Assembly: GCF_000315625.1 (NCBI RefSeq)
Contig: NW_005434643.1
Location: forward strand, 363,174-422,446
DNA length: 59,273 bases
Direction: 5' to 3'
Origin: Guillardia theta CCMP2712
Lineage: Eukaryota > Protista > Cryptophyta
The position numbers were made by a program, and so were the translations under genes. Below are positions 54,605 through 59,273 of the stretch, one piece after another. The notes under the pieces are model-generated. The model saw only the letters and a program-made list of their open reading frames with translations. It was not told where the DNA came from and did not search any database. Each line of letters begins with the position of its first letter. The first letter of the stretch is position 1.

Positions 54605-55485
54605 ATGAGTATCAGAAACACAGGCTCCGAAAGACAGACAGACAAAACGAAGAATGATCAAGCAAGACCGAGTACAAAACTTCAGACAGTTGTGATCCAG
54701 TCCAGAACCAAGAGCGGTCTCATCCGCAAGGATAAGCCCGTCCATGTCACCAACCAACTGCTGCAAGACCTCTTCCACATGAAGCAAGAAGACGCTGCCT
54801 CCTTCCTGGTACCCCTTCCTCTCCCTCCTCTCCTCCAGTGCATCCGCTCATCTCCCTCTCCCTATCATCTCCCCCTCGCTCCTCCCCTCCCCCCCCCCTC
54901 TCGGAGGCCTGCTCCGCCTTGCGTACTTACGTGCACCTTCCCCAGGGCGTGGCCTTGACCAGCTTGAAGATCGCTTGCAGGAAGCTCGGTATCATCCGCT
55001 GGCCCTACAAGCGAGGATGCCGCCAGTCCTCCCACAGCCCAGCTGGCTCCCCCGTCGACTACATCAGCTCCCCCTCAGACATCGTCGGCTCGCATGGCAG
55101 CTCGCCTGTAGGAGACGAGCTCGACGGCATCGAGCTCGACCATGTCGACACCAGCACAAGGCCAAGCAGCGAGATGGAGGCGTCGGAGGACACAGGAGCA
55201 TCGACGGCTATGCACGTGGAGGAGGACAACGCGGGGTCGGCGGCTGGAAGCCTCAGCTCTGGCAGTGTCGAGCCGGGACCATCACAGGGTCAGGAAGGAG
55301 GAGGAGAGAAGCGACGGGAGACGGGAGACGGATGGTGCAGCATGTCAGACTGGCAGCCGGGAGAGGGGGCGTTTGTGGACATGACGGAGTCAGGGGAGGG
55401 GATGGGCTTGGGGTGGCTGGAGGAGTACATGCCAGGGGGAGGGAACGAGTACCTTATGGGGGGAGTTTATGACTACGTTATATAG
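54605..55485 (+). CDS. RWP-RK transcription factor, paralog B; intron 54809-54945
   Basis: Spliced sequence: VTNQLLQDLFHMKQEDAASFL|GVALTSLKIACRKLGIIRWPYKR. Confidence 0.92.
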
Positions 55486-55589
55486 AGCACTTGTAGGGCA
55501 TTTTTTGGAGTTCTTGTTAAATTGTAAAGTTAGGATCGCCCATTGATTGGGTCCTCGTTTGAGGTGACTGAGGGGTAACTTGTGACTTG

Positions 55590-56300
55590 AGCCCCGGCCC
55601 AAAATCAGTGCCGCTGTCCGGTCAGTGTGCTCAGCCGGAGGCTGGCACATCTGATGATCTGCAACACTGAGGCTTTCAAGTTTACTAGTACACCGTCATC
55701 CTGGCTCTCTGTGTCAGTCGGACTCACAGACTGAGAGTCACCGTCTTCCGGCCTGAACGGTTCGCAGGCCGCGGGCGCCGGAGGGCCAAGCCGCTGCCCT
55801 TAACGGTTACTGGCCGGGCCGTCACAGCGGCACGTCGGGGCCCATGTCGCCGCCGCAGTACGGTAGGGCCCCCGCCTGGCACTGTGTCACTGATGTCTCG
55901 GAGTACGACCGGGACTCCGGAGTCACTGAGGCTCGGCCTAGTACGGTCCGTCTGGCGGCCGCCCGGCGGCAATCCGATGCCCGGTGACTGAGTGATCAGG
56001 AGTCCGTTACTACCGTAGTACGGTGCCACCGGCACCCGGCGGCGGGGGCCCGCCGTACGGTACCGTACGCCGGCCGGGGTGACTCCCGGGAGTCCTCCTG
56101 ATCGGACCGTACTCGCCGGCAGTGACGGGGTGTCAGGGTCAGCCTGACTCAGCCTAGTCAAGGCCTCCTCAGTACGGTCGTCTCTCCTGATTGTCCTCGT
56201 ACTGCTTTTTAACTTAACTTTGAGTCACTGAGTAAACTTCGCGACGGTACGGTAGTACCAGTGCTACGGTCCTGGGAGTCATAGCGTTGCCGTTCCGTAT
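55590..56300. repeat. GC-rich palindrome-word island
   Basis: CCGTACGGTACCGTACG, TGACTCAG, GAGTCACTGAG, AACTTAACTT and GGGCCC. Confidence 0.75.
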
Positions 56301-56664
56301 CCTTGTCGGATCAGTTAACCAGGGTGGTTCTCATAGTAGTTTTAGGCAAATTAAAGCGGCAAGAGAAAATTGACCTAAAAATGTTGGCTCCGTCAATTTA
56401 TGTACCTTTTTCGTTGCCAGGGGCTGCCGGGCCATCCAAGAGAAGAAGGGCAATGTTGAGCAAAACCTTCCTCTATTTGATATGAATAGGCGTGTATAGT
56501 TGACTAAATAATCATGAGGAGGCTCGGGGTAGGTATTCAAATGATTTGAATCTTTCCAACGGCCTCCAGCCCGTGTTGAGGGGTAGGGGGTAGTGCAAAC
56601 TTCTCGTATCAATCTAAAACACTTGTAAACGACCTCCCACTACTCCCAATGTACTCAGGGACTA

Positions 56665-57719
56665 GAGGTCTTATGGATGTCCTTCTGAATAGCGTTGCGT
56701 AGTGTGCCCACTTTAGTTAACCTGGAGAAAGGGGTTAAGATCTAGGTTAAATCCATAGATGACCCTAGCTAAAGATTCCAGTTATCAATTTGTACCACAA
56801 CCATTGCTTTTTTTAAACTGTCAACAACTTGTTCCATCGATGCATTCATGCGGTTGCCATGCTATGCGGAAAGAATGCAGATCTGATGCGCATGCGAAGG
56901 TTGCGTTGCACTCATATGAGATTCCAGCAACAGAGATATTGCATGAGCCGCTCATGCAATATCCCTGATGCTGTCAATGCAGGAAATCAACAACATGAAA
57001 CGTACAGTATGAAATCATTTATTGCATGAACTTCCTAAATTCAAGCGAAAGCTCACGATATTTGTGTCCCCTTCAGGATTCATGTCTCCAATCCTTGGTG
57101 ACTACAGATGAACTCACTGGAATCTGTATAGCTTGACACATGCACAGGAAGCGGTGACGTTAGCCCGTTGAAATATCCTTCGAAGTTTACCTCTGCCTGT
57201 TCTTGAACATATGCATGTTACTATGAAAAGATGCTGTATGTTAATCATATGTACCGTTGAACATTACATTTGGATTCGTTATCATTGTCCTCGTTGAACA
57301 CACAACAGGAAAGCTTTCAGCAACACAATCTTGCTGTCTCAGAGATGTTCAACAGCGAGCAACAAGAGCTAATAAAGAGTGAGGGTGAGCTAGGTGTGCA
57401 GGCTGCCATGAGTCTAAGCTGACAGGATGATAGTTGATGTTATGTTGTCAGTCAGATGGAGAGGCAGAGGTTCACGAGAAGGAAGTCGGACGAGGCTGCG
57501 CACGCCATGTGTACGCTGTGTGGAACGCCCTGCCAGGGCGCCGCTCGTCGGCTTTTACCGAGATGTCGAACCGTTGCGATTTAGCTATTCAAACGCTATT
57601 CAGGCCCTGAATAGTGACATAGGAAACTATTCAGAGCCTGAATAGTGTCTGAATTCAGAGCCAATTTAAGTAAAACTTTAGTACCTACGCTACGCAATTC
57701 AGCGCTTCCATAAGACCTC
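56665..57719. mobile_element. Non-autonomous DNA transposon (MITE-like) with 13-bp TIR GAGGTCTTATGGA and a putative TA target-site duplication
   Basis: tagaggtcttatgga (56663-56677) is the perfect reverse complement of tccataagacctcta (57707-57721). Subterminal CTGAAT and TTGCGTAG words are shared by both ends. The interior is AT-richer and has no long ORF. Confidence 0.7.
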
Positions 57720-58364
57720 TACTGTTTGCTCAGCTGCTGAGCGCAGTCAAGGACCATGGCCCCTCAATGCTAACTCCTGAAACTGCCAGGCAAGTACTGA
57801 GATCAAACAGCTCAATTCTTGGCTGAGAATCACACCTATAGTAGGTTGAATGTGTAAGGTATGCATCTCATCGAAATTTGCACTTGCGTACCAAAGCACT
57901 CATCAGCTATAGGTGATGGTTGTTCACTTCCAGAAGAAGGGAAACATGAAGGGAACCGATCAGAGAAGCAACCTTCGAAGACATGAAGGAAATTCGATTC
58001 TCCTTGTTGTGTTGACGCCCTAGCTTCCTTTACCTGAATGCTTCGTCGGTTGAATAAGAAACATATTTCAAGAGACTTCCTGTTGCTTTGCCATGATTGC
58101 GTTTTTTGAGGCTTCTCCCAACCTATTGTAATATGGCGGTGTCATTTGTGAGGAGGTGAGGAGTTTGAGAGGCTGGGGGAAGGAGAGGGGAGGGGTTGGA
58201 AGGGAAATGGACGCCTGGGAGGCCAGGCTAGTTGATATGCCTGATCGCTGCGAGAGGAGATGCCGGAGGAGAGACCGTGTTTACTCAAGACCACTAGCGA
58301 GGAAGGCAGGAGGGCGAGGAGGACATGAGAGGAGAGGAAGGAGAAAGCTACGGGTAGAGACGGT

Positions 58365-59273
58365 TTACTTGACAGCACTAATGAGGAAGGGATGCTTCAG
58401 AGCCTCCAGTGCTGTAATCCTCGTGCGGGGATCGATGTTGAGGCAGCAGTTGAGGAAGTCCCAGATCGCATGTTTCTCATCCACCTCCAGCCAGTCCTTG
58501 CATCCCGCATGCGCGCCCAGGGAGCTTGACAAGGTCCGCCATGTTTGCTTGAAACCGCGGGCATAGCTGAGATGCAGTTCCAATGGTGGAATCTGAATGA
58601 CATCAAGTTAGCAACCTCAGGCCTCCCGCCACCATATCACCCTCATCCTCATCCTCTTGATACAACAACGCCGACGACAACAATTTTACCTTAACGTCGA
58701 GGAGCTTCCACACAGCATCCATGCTCTTGATGTACATGCGCAAGCTGCTCAGACAGTCAGACAAGCGCACTTCCAAGGTACACAAAGAGCGTACCCGTAG
58801 ATCTCCATCGTTGCCGTGACTATGTCGTTATACTGGAACCATTGGAACTGTGTCGTGCGGCACAGCAGGGTAAGCAGTACTACCCCAGCAGCCCACACGT
58901 CCACTGCTGTGGTCTGGCACTGCATGCCCATGAGCACTTCGGGCGCTCGGTATCCCCGAGTTCCCGCGCGTTTGACTGGACGTTCGAATTTGACCCCTGA
59001 GTTCCTCACTGTCACCGATGCGTTCGTCTTGCTGACGCCCAACATGATCCGCCTCTTCGCCATCTGCTGCGCCATCTCTAGCTTCTCCTGCTCCTTTTGA
59101 TTCCGCGAGGAGCGAGAGCTGGCCGTAGAAACCTCACAGGGCAAGATGTTGCCGATGCTGCGGCCTGATGACTGCATTTGTTTCTCTGCCAGCCCAAAGT
59201 CCACAAGCAAGTACTTCTTATTCCTTCTGTCGTAGAGGAAGTTATTCAATTTCACGTCTCGATGTATAATAAA
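58365..59273 (-). CDS. CDC7: CDC7 (DDK catalytic subunit) kinase, 3' part; the 5' end lies outside the window
   Basis: IIHRDVKLNNFLY, LLVDFGLA, a long kinase insert, RAGTRGYRAPEVL, QTTAVDVWAAGVVLL and RITALEALKHPF. Confidence 0.88.

Overview
This is eukaryotic nuclear DNA with short GT-AG introns, microsatellite-filled introns and two 100-N gaps. A cryptophyte alga is the most likely source (inference). The evidence is signal peptides ending in A-F (complex red-plastid targeting), an RWP-RK / non-fungal Zn2Cys6 / bZIP factor set, and the intron style. Recognisable genes are an HVA22/REEP protein, a Zn2Cys6 TF, a coiled-coil SH3b+SAM protein, MCM3, a Zn-repeat ADP-ribosyltransferase (PARP-like, H-Y-E), a bZIP, a PH-AGC (Akt-like) kinase, two head-to-head RWP-RK paralogs and a partial CDC7 kinase. 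The most striking feature appears only after manual splicing: a TIR-like + SAM-like + 6TM + RelA/SpoT-type synthetase fusion (38771-41772, minus strand), a candidate membrane receptor that makes a nucleotide second messenger. Non-coding structure is also unusual. It includes a scrambled ~870-bp coding satellite (1-3420), recurrent GC-rich palindrome 'word-salad' islands, strand-polarised TACCC/GGGTA upstream modules, and a ~1.06-kb TA-flanked element with terminal inverted repeats. All domain calls come from motifs read by eye; no searches were run.
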